Assembly: GCA_002269645.1 (NCBI GenBank)
Contig: NIVC01000269.1
Coordinates: 1 to 64,000 of the forward strand
Reading direction: 5' to 3'
Length of the DNA stretch: 64,000 nucleotides
Source: Macrostomum lignano
Taxonomy: Eukaryota
Shown here: in pieces, positions 9,450 through 35,589 of the stretch
Layout of the letters: every line of letters starts with the position of its first letter
Position numbering within the stretch: the stretch's first letter is position 1
The notes under the pieces: generated by a model
Told to the model about the DNA's origin: nothing
Databases searched by the model: none
Seen by the model: the letters and a program-made list of their open reading frames with translations, nothing else
Program-made: the position numbers and the translations under genes

Positions 9450-10868
9450 TCACAGCGGCACAATTCTAATACGATTTTCGAAAATCGTTACCTCGTACCC
9501 AGCCCCGCCGACAGGAGGCAGAAAGAAGGCAACTCCAGCTGGCACGGGTGGAGTTTCGGATTGAGAAGCTGGAATTGTAGAGGCTGCAGCTGGGGCGGCT
9601 GGAGCAGCTGGGGCAGCCAGAGCAGCTGGGGCGGCCAGAGCAGCTGGGGCGGCTGGAGCAGCTGGGGCGGCCAGAGCAGCTGGGGCGGCTGGAGCAGCTG
9701 GGGCAGCCAGAGCAGCTGGGGCGGCCAGAGCAGCTGGGGCGGCCAGAGCAGCTGGGGCGGCCAGAGCAGCTGGGGCGGCCAGAGCAGCTGGGGCGGCTGG
9801 AGCAGCTGGGGCGGCCAGAGCAGCTGGGGCGGCCAGAGCAGCTGGGGCGGCCAGAGCAGCTGGGGCGGACAGAGCAGCTGGGGCGGACAGAGCAGCTGGG
9901 GCGGCCAGAGCAGCTGGGGCGGCCAGAGCAGCTGGGGCGGCTGGAGCAGCTGGGGCGGCCAGAGCAGCTGGGGCGGCTGGAGCAGCTGGGGCGGCCAGAG
10001 CAGCTGGGGCGGCCAGAGCAGCTGGGGCAGCCAGAGCAGCTGGGGCGGCCAGAGCAGCTGGGGCGGCCAGAGCAGCTGGGGCGGCTGGAGCTGCAGGTGG
10101 CACAATTGCATTATGCGACTCATTGTCGCTGCCCTCCTCTTCTAGGATTTCCATTTCGTGGTCGTCTTCAATTAGATGAAGTTGTTTTCCAGCAATCACC
10201 GGAACCGAAGAGACAGGTTGCTGCTGCTGCTGCTGCTGACCAGCGTTGAATTCCCTGAGGAACTGATCCAGGACATCTTCCTCTATGAAGTTTATGACAG
10301 CAGCAGCCTCGACTCCAGCAGCCTCGACTCCAGCAGCCTCGACTCCAGCGGCCTCGACTCCAGCAGCCTCGACTCCAGCAGCCTCGACTCCAGCAGCCTC
10401 GACTCCAGCGGCCTCGACTCCAGCAGCCTCGACTCCAGCAGCCTCGACTCCAGCAGACAGCTCAACTTCAAATTCTGCAGCTGCTGAAGACCCGCTTGGC
10501 CTCATCCTCTTCAATGTAGAGTCAATTACTTGACTCAAGTGAGCTGATAGCAGACTCCTGCTGGCTCCCTTTTTCTGCTGGCTCTTCTTTTCTCTCTCGT
10601 TGCTCTTTTTGATGGCGCGGATTACTTTCCAGCGGTTACTTTCTTGCTTTTTCTTGTCATCGCTGACGATCTTGTGTCCTCGATGATATGCTGGAATTTT
10701 TCCCTCCTGCAGAGCTTCGACGGTGCCGCACTGGTCGCATGCCAACCAGCATGAGACCAGACAGTTCTCATTCTCGTGGTGTCTTGGGGACACGCCTCCA
10801 AGCAGGCACACTTCGCAGCTTATACAGACCTCATAGAGGTCTCTATGACAACTTTTAAAAGTTTTCAT
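9450..10868 (-). CDS. Maverick accessory protein: Cys/His-rich N-terminus, basic patch, (VEAAG)n and (APAALA)n repeats
   Basis: 472-aa ORF with a non-repetitive N-terminus containing CxxC pairs. 15-bp and 18-bp repeat units keep the frame. TATATAAG about 100 nt upstream; possible donor GAG|GTAACG at 9492/9491. Confidence 0.65.
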   Translation of the reverse strand: MKTFKSCHRDLYEVCISCEVCLLGGVSPRHHENENCLVSCWLACDQCGTVEALQEGKIPAYHRGHKIVSDDKKKQESNRWKVIRAIKKSNEREKKSQQKKGASRSLLSAHLSQVIDSTLKRMRPSGSSAAAEFEVELSAGVEAAGVEAAGVEAAGVEAAGVEAAGVEAAGVEAAGVEAAGVEAAGVEAAAVINFIEEDVLDQFLREFNAGQQQQQQQPVSSVPVIAGKQLHLIEDDHEMEILEEEGSDNESHNAIVPPAAPAAPAALAAPAALAAPAALAAPAALAAPAALAAPAAPAAPAALAAPAAPAAPAALAAPAALAAPAALSAPAALSAPAALAAPAALAAPAALAAPAAPAAPAALAAPAALAAPAALAAPAALAAPAALAAPAAPAAPAALAAPAAPAAPAALAAPAALAAPAAPAAPAAASTIPASQSETPPVPAGVAFFLPPVGGAGYEVTIFENRIRIVPL

Positions 10869-10969
10869 TTTGAAAGAGAAAGAGTTGTTTTTTAGAAGTA
10901 GTAAGGTTTTTAAAAATCCTTTTATACAATTTGTTTTTGTCTATTTGTTTATTTGTACTTGCGTGGCTG

Positions 10970-10977
10970 CTTATATA
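10970..10977 (-). promoter_or_regulatory. Candidate TATA box (TATATAAG) for the leftward accessory/pPolB transcript
   Basis: Same octamer as at 2564; about 100 nt upstream of the ATG at 10868. Confidence 0.45.
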
Positions 10978-11348
10978 GTAATTTGTACATGCATGCCCTC
11001 TCCTTATCATATCGTATATGAACATCCAGCCATGCTCAGGTAATAATTACTTTACCGTTATAGAGGCCACTGGCTGTAATTAGTGTATCCCCCCCGTCCC
11101 CTTATCCAGGTAAGCAACACCAGCCGTCCTCTGTGCAGTTGTAAAACTTTATAACCTTACCCTAACACAGAGCACAGAGATTGGCCACCCCTCTTATCTC
11201 TGCAATGTTTAGCCGTTCCCAATGCACAGAGATAGGATCCTCTCCGCAGTGTATTTTTCCTATATCCTTTTTGCCGCCTATCTCGCCAGCGCTAGTGCGG
11301 CAGTATCATGAATCGCCTCTATCTCCGCAGTGCTTAGCCGTCCCCAAT

Positions 11349-11990
11349 GCACAGAGATAGAGCTCATATCTCTGCAGTGCTTAGCCGTCCCCAATGCACA
11401 GAGATAGAGCTCATATCTCTGCAGTGCTTAGCCGTCCCCAATGCACAGAGATAGAGCTCATATCTCTGCAGTGCTTAGCCGTCCCCAATGCACAGAGATA
11501 GAGCTCATATCTCTGCAGTGCTTAGCCGTCCCCAATGCACAGAGATAGAGCTCATATCTCTGCAGTGCTTAGCCGTCCCCAATGCACAGAGATAGAGCTC
11601 ATATCTCTGCAGTGCTTAGCCGTCCCCAATGCACAGAGATAGAGCTCATATCTCTGCAGTGCTTAGCCGTCCCCAATGCACAGAGATAGAGCTCATATCT
11701 CTGCAGTGCTTAGCCGTCCCCAATGCACAGAGATAGAGCTCATATCTCTGCAGTGCTTAGCCGTCCCCAATGCACAGAGATAGAGCTCATATCTCTGCAG
11801 TGCTTAGCCGTCCCCAATGCACAGAGATAGAGCTCATATCTCTGCAGTGCTTAGCCGTCCCCAATGCACAGAGATAGAGCTCATATCTCTGCAGTGCTTA
11901 GCCGTCCCCAATGCACAGAGATAGGGCTCATATCTCTGCAGTGCTTAGCCGTCCCCAATGCACAGAGATAGGGCTCATATCTCCGCAGTG
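11349..11990. repeat. 47-bp tandem array (about 14 copies) in the Maverick terminal region
   Basis: Unit gcacagagatagagctcatatctctgcagtgcttagccgtccccaat contains the inverted repeat cagagata/tatctctg around GAGCTC. A degenerate copy of the terminal ~110 bp occurs at about 11213-11320. Confidence 0.95.
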
Positions 11991-12294
11991 TATTTTTCCC
12001 TATACATTTGCATTGCCGCCTATCTCGCCAGTGCTAGTGCGGCAGTATCATAATTCGCCCTACTACTTAACGGCTTTAAATTCACTGGACCTTTGTTGGC
12101 TTGTCCGGTCTCCGCTAACGGTAGGCGCGAGCCATAGACAATTAATTGTCACGTGCTGCAACCGCTGATTCATTCATTGTTTTTCTGTTCGACAATCCTT
12201 ACAAACAATGTATTGTTCTAATTCTGCATAAAATGTGCAGCACATCTCACTTCTGCAAAACTTTTCTTTCGTTGTTTCCAATCTCTAGGCTTCT

Positions 12295-12329
<35 letters not shown>

Positions 12330-12755
12330 TCCACTCTCTTTAGCAGAACTTCACTAACCAGTGCGGCTGCCGACCCAACGAATCTTAATCCTCCAATCTG
12401 TTTGCTCACCCTCTCTCTCTCTCTCTCTCTCTCTCCTCCCTTCCCCCTCTGACTGAACGCGTTTAGAGTTGCAGCGGAGCCCCCTGATTTTCCGTTGTGA
12501 GCAGCTTGAGTACCCGCCCGCCCTCTGCACCCAACCCCCCCCCCCCAGCCAACCCACTCGGCGTTTAATTTCCCCGCACAAATCCCAGCCGGCAGTTGCA
12601 GCTGCAGTCAGAAACATTTGGACAGAAATTGGCTACATTGCTGCAGCCGAGGAGGCAACAGCTAAGGCTCGTAACCGGAACTGCCAAGTGTCGGATAGCT
12701 CTCCTGTCTTTGAAGGCTCGATCTGCTCAGCTTGTCCCCGCCTTGCTTATTGGTC

Positions 12756-27568
<14,813 letters not shown>

Positions 27569-27798
27569 CTGACAGACAGACAGAGCGAGTGAATCGTTGA
27601 TTGTTCTTCTCAATGGGTTTTTTCAATTATGAATCTAGTTTATGCCTTGTGCTTTTTATGTCGCTTTATCTGTGCTATAAAAAATAGCAAATTAACTTAT
27701 TTAAAGTTAATGATATTTGTTTAAATCCCTGTATTGAGGATGACGCATCAGTTGTGTGCACATCTGCGTACTAAACTTCCTTGTTGATATATAGGGCC

Positions 27799-28160
27799 TT
27801 TTTTTATAAAGGCGGGGGGGTTGTGTGCACCCTGGCGCACTTTAAGCGACATTGGCACACAACCGGCGAGAGGCATTACTGCCCATTCCGCCGACTCCCC
27901 TGAGCAGGCATACAAGCGCGCGGATACGTACGCAGGCACACACTCACACAGGAGTGTACAGCGGCCCTAACTTTATTTTATCGTTAGTCATGTACACTTC
28001 ACTGCGCCTTGGGGGGTTGGCTCTCAAGGCCGTTAATTGCACGAGCAGAGCCAAGCCGAGATTCCAATTCAGCCCCAAATTAATGTGACTGCACTTGGAA
28101 TCGAGCCTGGGTCGCTGGCACACCAGAGCCTGCGCTAGACCGCTGGGCTACGGCCCCCCA
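27799..28160 (-). mobile_element. tRNA-derived SINE, full length, with 8-bp target-site duplication ATAGGGCC
   Basis: Minus-strand head GGGGCCGTAGCCCAGCGG (A-box-like) and GGCTCGATTCC (B-box-like), plus an A-rich tail. ATAGGGCC at 27791-27798 and 28161-28168. Three more copies in the window. Confidence 0.85.
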
Positions 28161-28199
28161 ATAGGGCCATTTACCTTCCTTCTGTATTACCTGTACTCT

Positions 28200-28400
28200 A
28201 TTCCCAGCTAGTCAAGACCCCATCAAAACTTTTAGCACTTCATTAGGCATCCCACTCTCCCACTAGTCAAGACCCAATCAAATTCTTTCAACCCCCATTA
28301 GGTACCCCACTCTCCCGCTAGTCAAGACCCCATCAAATACTTCAACCCTTCATTAGGCACCACACTCTCCCGCTAGTCAAGACCCCATCAAATTCCTTTA
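28200..28400. repeat. ~57-bp degenerate tandem repeat (3-4 copies)
   Basis: Recurrent ctagtcaagaccccatcaaa core. Confidence 0.8.
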
Positions 28401-28874
28401 CTCCAATTCCACATTGGCCAACGACCACTACATGTTAATTTAACTCTCTTCTCATCTCAACTTTAATTCAACTAATCTCACGTGTACCTTGCTGCAAGAG
28501 CCCTACAAAAGCTCTATCCACATTGGTCGGGAATCCGAAAATATTTAAAGTATTCCTACATTATTATTTCCGTGTTCCATACTTCTATATACATGTAACT
28601 CCCATTGCAAGGCTCTAATCGTACATGGCCGGATGTACTACAAAAATAAAATCGTTTTAACTCTTCTGGATTTGGTCACCGATCCAGTTTGTAGCGCTGT
28701 TGTATCTTGAATTAAAAAATGTACCCATCTAAGACAGATTCAAGTTAAAAAATTCGAATTATTGAGTTTTAATTTTTTTTCATAAAACTAAGAAAGCTTA
28801 CGCAACAATTTTATGGCCAAAAACCAAAAAACTAAACAGAGCCCCCCGGGTGCTGGCACCCCTGGTGCCCTCAA

Positions 28875-29640
28875 AATGATAGGACATCTATATAAATGAT
28901 AGGACATCCCTAAAAATGATAGGACATCCTTCTAAAATGATAGGACATCCCTAAAAATGATAGGACATCCTTCTAAAATGATAGGACATCCCTAAAAATG
29001 ATAGGACATCCTTCTAAAATGATAGGACATCCCTAAAAATGATAGGACATCCTTCTAAAATGATAGGACATCCCTAAAAATGATAGGACATCCTTCTAAA
29101 ATGATAGGACATCCCTAAAAATGATAGGACATCCTTATAAATGATAGGACATCCCTGTAAATGATAGGACATCCCTCAAAATGATAAGACATACCTAAAA
29201 ACGATAGGAAATCCCTCAAAAACGAAAGGACATCTCTCAAAATGATAGGTGAGCCCTCAAAATGATAGGACATCCCTCAAAATGATAGGACATCCCTCAA
29301 AATGATAGGACATCCCTCAAAACGATAGGACATCCCTCAAAATGATAGGACATCCCTCAAAACGATAGGACATCCCTCAAAATGATAGGACATCCCTCAA
29401 AACGATAGACATCCCTCAAAATGATAGGACATCCCTCAAAATGATAGGACATCCCTCAAAACGATAGGACATCCCTCAAAATGATAGGGTACCCCTCAAA
29501 ACGATAGACATCCCTCAAAACGATAGGACATCCCTCAAAATGATAGGACATCCCTCAAAACGATAGGACATCCCTCAAAATGATAGGGTACCCCTCAAAA
29601 CGATAGACATCCCTCAAAACGATAGAACGCCCCCTCAAAA
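28875..29640. repeat. 20-22-bp minisatellite (aaaatgataggacatccctc)n
   Basis: Direct inspection. Confidence 0.95.
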
Positions 29641-31806
29641 TGGTCTTCTGCAAGCTACAGTAAACATTTAGTAAGTAAAAAGGACATTAGTCGGGCACTG
29701 AATCATAAGCAGTGTGTTGCAATAAAGGTAATAATTATACACTGTACGATAACAATGGCTGCATAAAGAATGCCGGTAATAATTCATATAATTAGGCAGA
29801 GAAGAAACTGCTCAAACACGCAAGCAGCGCCCACGCCATGCAATCACGCGGGGCTGTAGAAGTCAAATTTCTAAGGAATTTTCTCAGATTATCGACTAAT
29901 TCCTACCTCTAAGAGGGAATGATGAAATTTTATAGTAGAGACTAAAGCCTTTCGCGAGCAACCCTTTTTTGGCAACTGATTAGAAATTTTGTAATTCTAA
30001 CCCGGGGGATTATATTAGTGGTTCAATATTAATTCGTACTTCATCCACTGATAATAATTTTAGAATAAGTTCTCCAACTTTCTGTGCGTTCTGTAATGTG
30101 TCGCGGTCTCTTATGACGGACTGTTTGGTGCACTCTGCCCGGGAGGGTTCTTTGTGTGACCGCGGTAGTGGCCTACCAAGCTGCCCGTATTTCAGGAATG
30201 GTGGGCACCTACCTGCGGAGTGAGCTGGTAAATTGACCACCTGGAAGGCATTAGCCCCAGAAGTTCGTACTCTACCAGTAAGACCTAGTAACTACCGGGG
30301 AACCGGGTTCCAGTTTTTCTAGAAGGGATTTTTTAGAAAACCCAATTGTATTTTGAGCGTCTGCAGGCCGCTCCTCGATAATTGTTTAACTGTTTCTTTG
30401 GACAACTATGTTTGTTGTGATGCATTCTACAAAAAATCTATTTTAAAAACGCTGTACACTTGACCAGTTCCCTTATTCAATGGGTGTTTTAAAATGTAAA
30501 CTAACAACTGTTTCTTACCTGTTGTGAGAAAGTTCAGAAAAAGTACTATTTGTACTATTGGTGAACGGCAGCGTTCAAAATGCAGGTTTTACTGTTCTGC
30601 ACAGGGCTGAATGGGGTTTGGCCATAGACAAATTAAGACCAGAGCAGCTGACGTTTCGTCACAACTTTGCTTCAATGCCAGTCTGCAATAGAATTTCATG
30701 AAAATCTATAGCTTGATAAACTAGCGCGTGCACCTCAGACAAACTGCATGCTTGCTTCGCTTGCTATTTGCAAGTCCAGAAGGTGAAGCATTGTGAATTC
30801 AGTCCTGAAAAAAAAACTAGAAACTTCCTGTCACGCCAGTGCAGTCTGTAGCGAAAAGCCCCGGTCTCCAGGGAAATTTGAAGTTTCTGCGAGTAGGCGC
30901 CATTCAGTTTTACAAGCTATTGAGTTATTTCTATAATGCCAATTCTAAAATGTAACAAAAATTGACTAATAACATGAAATATATGGACTTTACTTTAAGG
31001 GTTACTTACTTCCTGGGGGTGATAACCTTGTCTATAGCTAAATAAATTCTTATGTTTCAATGGCTGGACATCGTCAGGGCTAATTTATTGGAACAAAATA
31101 ATATTGAGTAAATATATGAGACATATTCATGAGAAATATGAGACATGAGATATGAGACATATATTTCATTCATGAGAAATGTATGAGTAAATATAGTAGG
31201 GGTTGTAGACTAGTAGGGGGCTGTCTGGTGAGGAGAGAGAGTGGAGAGGTAACTGGTTTTGTTTAGTTTTCAGAAATCAGAAATTCATCCGAATAAAATA
31301 CTGACTGTTTAAATGTTGATTATGCAGAACTTTTATTTACTGACCATTTCATCAAGCCAGCTACATTACCTGAGAAAAATTAACGGCCGGCTTTATTCGA
31401 TCTTAGTCAATAAGGCGGGGGCGTATTTTAATAAACGATATTGCATTAAAATCATTGCCTCTAACAATCTTAATTAACTAGATTAAATTGGATCAAGGCT
31501 TTGCTTCAGCGACTAAATAGGCAGGAACTGCGCGGTGACGAATTGATGATATTAAAATGTTTTCCGGCTTCTCAAGTCAAAGACAGAAGCCTTAGAAACT
31601 CAACAGAAGATTAGAAGAGATTTGGAGAAGCAAGTTTCAAGCAATTATGATGTTAATACGAGAAATTCGTAGATTTCCAATACGAATAAGCTGATTTTAC
31701 CGTGACAAAAATCCGTTGAAGCTTGCTCCTTCCAAAAAAACAAGATAAAGATAATACAGACATAAAAAAAGATTCGGCAGGCAAATCTGCCTATTTACCC
31801 ACCTGA

Positions 31807-31980
31807 TTTTTTATCAGAGGCAGGGGGCTCAGTGCACCCAGGCGCACTTTAAGCGACATTGTCACACAACCGGCGAGAGGCATTACTGCCCATTCCACCG
31901 ACTCCCCTGAGCAGGCACACAAACGCGCGGATACGTACGCAGTCATACGCACAGGCTCACACTCACACAGGAGTGTGAGT
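31807..31980 (-). mobile_element. SINE fragment (3' part only), same family as 27799
   Basis: Shares gtgcacc..ggcgcactttaagcgacatt...cggcgagaggcattactgcccattcc; the tRNA head is missing. Confidence 0.85.
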
Positions 31981-32414
31981 AACGATGACTTTATTACGAG
32001 TATAAGGTACCGACCTTCGCTATCCAGAAATGCAACGATGAAATAACGACTCGTTCGCATCGGCATCAAATGAGGTCAGTATTTTTATTGTGAGAACCAT
32101 AACATACATAGTTTTACTTACTTTTACATAATTTGCGAGTGCAGCGCCATTATGCTTTTTTTACCAAATATTTTAAACTTAAAAGAATTAAAGAATTTAA
32201 GCTCTTAAAATTTTACGAGATATTAAAGCGGATTTTGACTGAGGTACAGTGTTTGATATTCCATTGATTCAATTATACAGATAAGATAAGCTCAAGCAGG
32301 ATTAGAGCTGTGACACGCCAAAAAATAAATTTACCGTGTTAATAACAACACCAACTGTTTGGAATTAGTTTTCAGAAATCTTTAAACTGTTTAAAAACGT
32401 GTTGATTTTGTTGA

Positions 32415-34167
32415 CTACCGACCACTTGTGCCAGCGGAGACGCTCACAGTTGAAGTGTTTGTGTTTGTTGAGGCACACGGTACAAGTAAAAGTCCGTTTG
32501 GGCTTCTCAGCGTGCTCATTGCGATGCAGTTGCCTTCTCCGACGCCGCGACTGACGACGCAATAGCTGGTTCCGGCCATGGCATTGCTACTGCAAGCGGC
32601 TGCTTCCAAGAAGTTCAGGTTCCTTGTTCCTTGCTGCGGCTGCATCGACTCCGCGTCAGCGTATCGTCGCCTTCGACTGCCGCATCGTCTGTCAGCGCCG
32701 TTTGCAGTTGTCGCTGCCGGCCCCGTCCAGTTGCGCCGGAGACCGCCAACTTGGCCGCCGTTGCCGCCGCTGCCGCCGCCGCCGCGGCCTGCCCCTCTAA
32801 GACCTGATAGAATTCGATTCAACTCTCGTCGAAATTTTTCTCCAAAAAAGCAGAATAGTAGAAAGTTAACAGACGAGTTGACAACAACCATGAATTGGGC
32901 GACGATGTAGAGAAGCTGCGCGGCCAGCCCCGGCTGCTGTTGGTCGTGAATGACAGCCACGAGATTGTCAACAAAGCAGAACGTCTGACAGAAGATAAAC
33001 ACCATCACAATGGTGACTAGCATCAGGCTAATGCTTGTCTCTCGTTTCAGCCGTTTTTTTTGCTCGCGCGAGCTGAGGAGACCGTATTGATGGCACTCTT
33101 GGTGCCACGGGCGATGCTGTTGTAGGCCGTGGTCAGCTCCGGGGGACTCTGCGTTCAGAAATTGGCGAGATTCTGCTGTGGATTGAGAATGAGAATTACG
33201 ATAATTCAGAAACCATTTCAAACAGTATCGTTAGGTGAAGTCTTCATGCTGACAAAATATGGCTCCAACGATTATCCAAGCTAATAACTGGCATGTAATC
33301 CAGCTTACCTTCGGTGGCGTCGGCAGCCCCGGAGTTGTTGATGCTATTCGCCGCTCGGATTGCGCGTATGAGCAGAGCGTTGGCTGTAGTAATGACGGCC
33401 AAGGGCAAAGCGTACATAAAGAGCGTGTAAAGGACGCCTCCGTAGATGCGATTGTACCACAGGCTGCTTCGCAGGGTGCGCTGTTGCTTCTCATTTTCAG
33501 TAGAGTTGCTCCATACGTCGCTATTATTGACTGACATCGACGGCAGAGGCACGAACTCAAGCGCTCGAGGCGCGTTGTAAACCAAGCAGAACATGGTGAC
33601 GCCTAGTAGTGCCCGCCTCGCCCGAGCTCGATTGCTGCCGAGGGGACCGCCGAACCGCAGCGGCAGCATCACGGAGAGGCAGCGCTCCACGGTGAAGCAC
33701 GCTGTCGTGTAGGTGCCGAGCATTTGCGCGAACAGCGACACGGGGTAAAGAATGGCGATGAAGATGGAGTTCTTTGTGTCAATTAGTCGCCGATAATCGG
33801 TGGACAGCTGCGGAAGGCCCATGCAGGCGGCGAAGAGTAGCAGAATGACAATGTCAGCCGCTGCCAAAGCCGCCAGGTAGTCAGACGTGGAAGATGCCAT
33901 CCGAGGCGAGCGTAGCACGGCTATGCTCAGTCCGTTGCCAAGGAGACCGACAATAATAATAGCAGAAGCGACGTAGCCCCACAGATAGCGCTGCGCCGCC
34001 ATCAACAGGTGCGAATTTTTTGACTGTCCCTTCAACTCGTCAGGGGATTTCGTTGGACCCGGCGTTAAAGACTCGACACCGTTGGACTTTGTCGCTAAGA
34101 ATAAATCTAAGATAAGAATCACAATTAGCAGGAGCTGACAGCAGATGGCAACTGACGATCGGAGCAT
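32415..34167 (-). CDS. Rhodopsin-class peptide GPCR (FMRFamide-receptor-like); exons 34167-33309 and 33175-32415
   Basis: GLLGN (TM1), LAAAD (TM2), TVERCLSV (TM3), YNAPR (TM4), LPL (TM5), FIFCQ (TM6), VVVNSSVNFLLFC (TM7). Phase-1 GTAAG...CAG intron and a hydrophobic N-terminal leader. Confidence 0.9.
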
Positions 34168-35589
34168 TTTGTCGAATCTTTCAACACTCTAAAATTTAAA
34201 TGATAATTCCACTTTATTAGTTCTAAAGTACAAACTAGAAGTAATATTGGAGCAAATCATGCGGAAGGCAGGAAGAAGCTCGATGAATGACAGGAGCTCA
34301 ACCTTTTTCACCTCTTGAACGAGGCATTTGTAGCGCTGATCGAGGGTTGCACCAAAATCAAAATGCAAACCACCAGGTCACTACTTTACTGTACTTTACT
34401 ACTTTACTTTAGCCATGCATTCCAGCTGTGGCCCAAATTGCTCGCAGTTGAAACCACATTGATTTCTGTTGTCTATGGCTTTCTAATGTGTAAAACCTCT
34501 TACCACAGATTATATTACCTAGATGGGCCACTCCAATCTGCCCGACGGCATCGCGAAAACCCAGGGGTTTTGACCATAGACTGTAGCTTCTGCTGCTCTC
34601 AAGACATTAGCAGCAGCTAGTGTCTGTGACCCTAACCCCTGAGTTTTCAGGGCCTCAGGGACGACCGCTAAATACATTAGAGAATACTGGAGTGACATAT
34701 CTAGGTAATATACGGTAGAATCTGTATCTCTTATCACGCTGTCACACGAAAGACGGCTGAAGGCCGAGCACCGATTTGAATGCAAAAAAGTACACATAAG
34801 TTGTTCACACTGCCTACCAAATTAATATCGCCACACGTAGTGAATCGAATCACTAGAGACAAAATGTAACTAATGAGCGAGTTATGCTAAATTAACTTAC
34901 CGTTAACTTTGACTCCAAGTATTTCTACTTCGAGAAGTAGTGCGAATCAACTCGCTCAAATGACGTCAATCTCGACTAGAGATAGATGTTTACGAGGCGG
35001 ACTCAAGCAGGAGCTGGCTGAGACAAAAGGGATTAAAGCAGCAATAAAAGTAAGTTAACGATTGCTACATGCAACTCTCCATCAGAGCCAATCGGAGTTG
35101 CCGTCAACTCAGATCAAAGGGAGGAACTGGGAAGCCGTCCTTGGACAGCTGCGGCTCATCCAGTGAATTCAATTTTCCCAGGCTCAGGTGCGGGAAGACT
35201 GCTAGTAGGCAGTCAGAAAGACTGAGAGAAGGAAAAAAAGAGAGCAAGCTTTGAGTTGGGAATAGAAAATTGTAATTAATTTCATCTTTTGTTTTTCTAA
35301 GTGAGTTAGCATCGCAGCAGTTTGCTTAGGCAGTGGACTTTTAGACTTAGCTTGATAATTTTTTGCTTATTTCAGACACGAATTGGGTTTTTAAAACTGA
35401 TAATTGCTTTTATAAATGAAAATGTAAAACAGCACAGCTCAGTGGCTTACGCAATGCACACCAAATGGCCCCACAAAAATTGCGCTCTACCAAAAGCTAA
35501 ATGAAAAGCTAACAAACTCGACGAATGACGCGAGCTCAACAAGTTCAACAATTCCATCGACCTAGGAGAACCGGGTAGGGGCGCCCGCT

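Larger units (their letters stand above)
1..12067. mobile_element. Maverick/Polinton (adintovirus-like) endogenous DNA virus, right portion; left part lies outside the window
   Basis: Clustered hallmark genes (major capsid, adenain protease, packaging ATPase, protein-primed PolB). Ends in ACTACT at 12062-12067, matching the canonical AGTAGT...ACTACT Polinton termini. No integrase or minor capsid gene is visible in the window. Confidence 0.93.

Noticed and set aside
8185-10533. Alternative-frame and antisense ORFs over the Maverick repeats (PQLLW, SSWGG, AADSLL, ASTP)
   Set aside because: Shadow frames of in-frame tandem repeats; only the 9450-10868 and 8566 frames have unique flanking sequence or splice signals.
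11349-11990. 47-bp palindromic array as a CRISPR array
   Set aside because: Identical units abut with no unique spacers, there are no cas genes, and the context is eukaryotic.
28080-28160. tRNA gene
   Set aside because: A- and B-box-like motifs are present, but it is the head of a multi-copy SINE with a target-site duplication and no convincing full cloverleaf.
30100-30320. GC-rich island as a structured RNA or retroelement end
   Set aside because: Single copy in the window; I could not establish any ribozyme core, TIR or tail.
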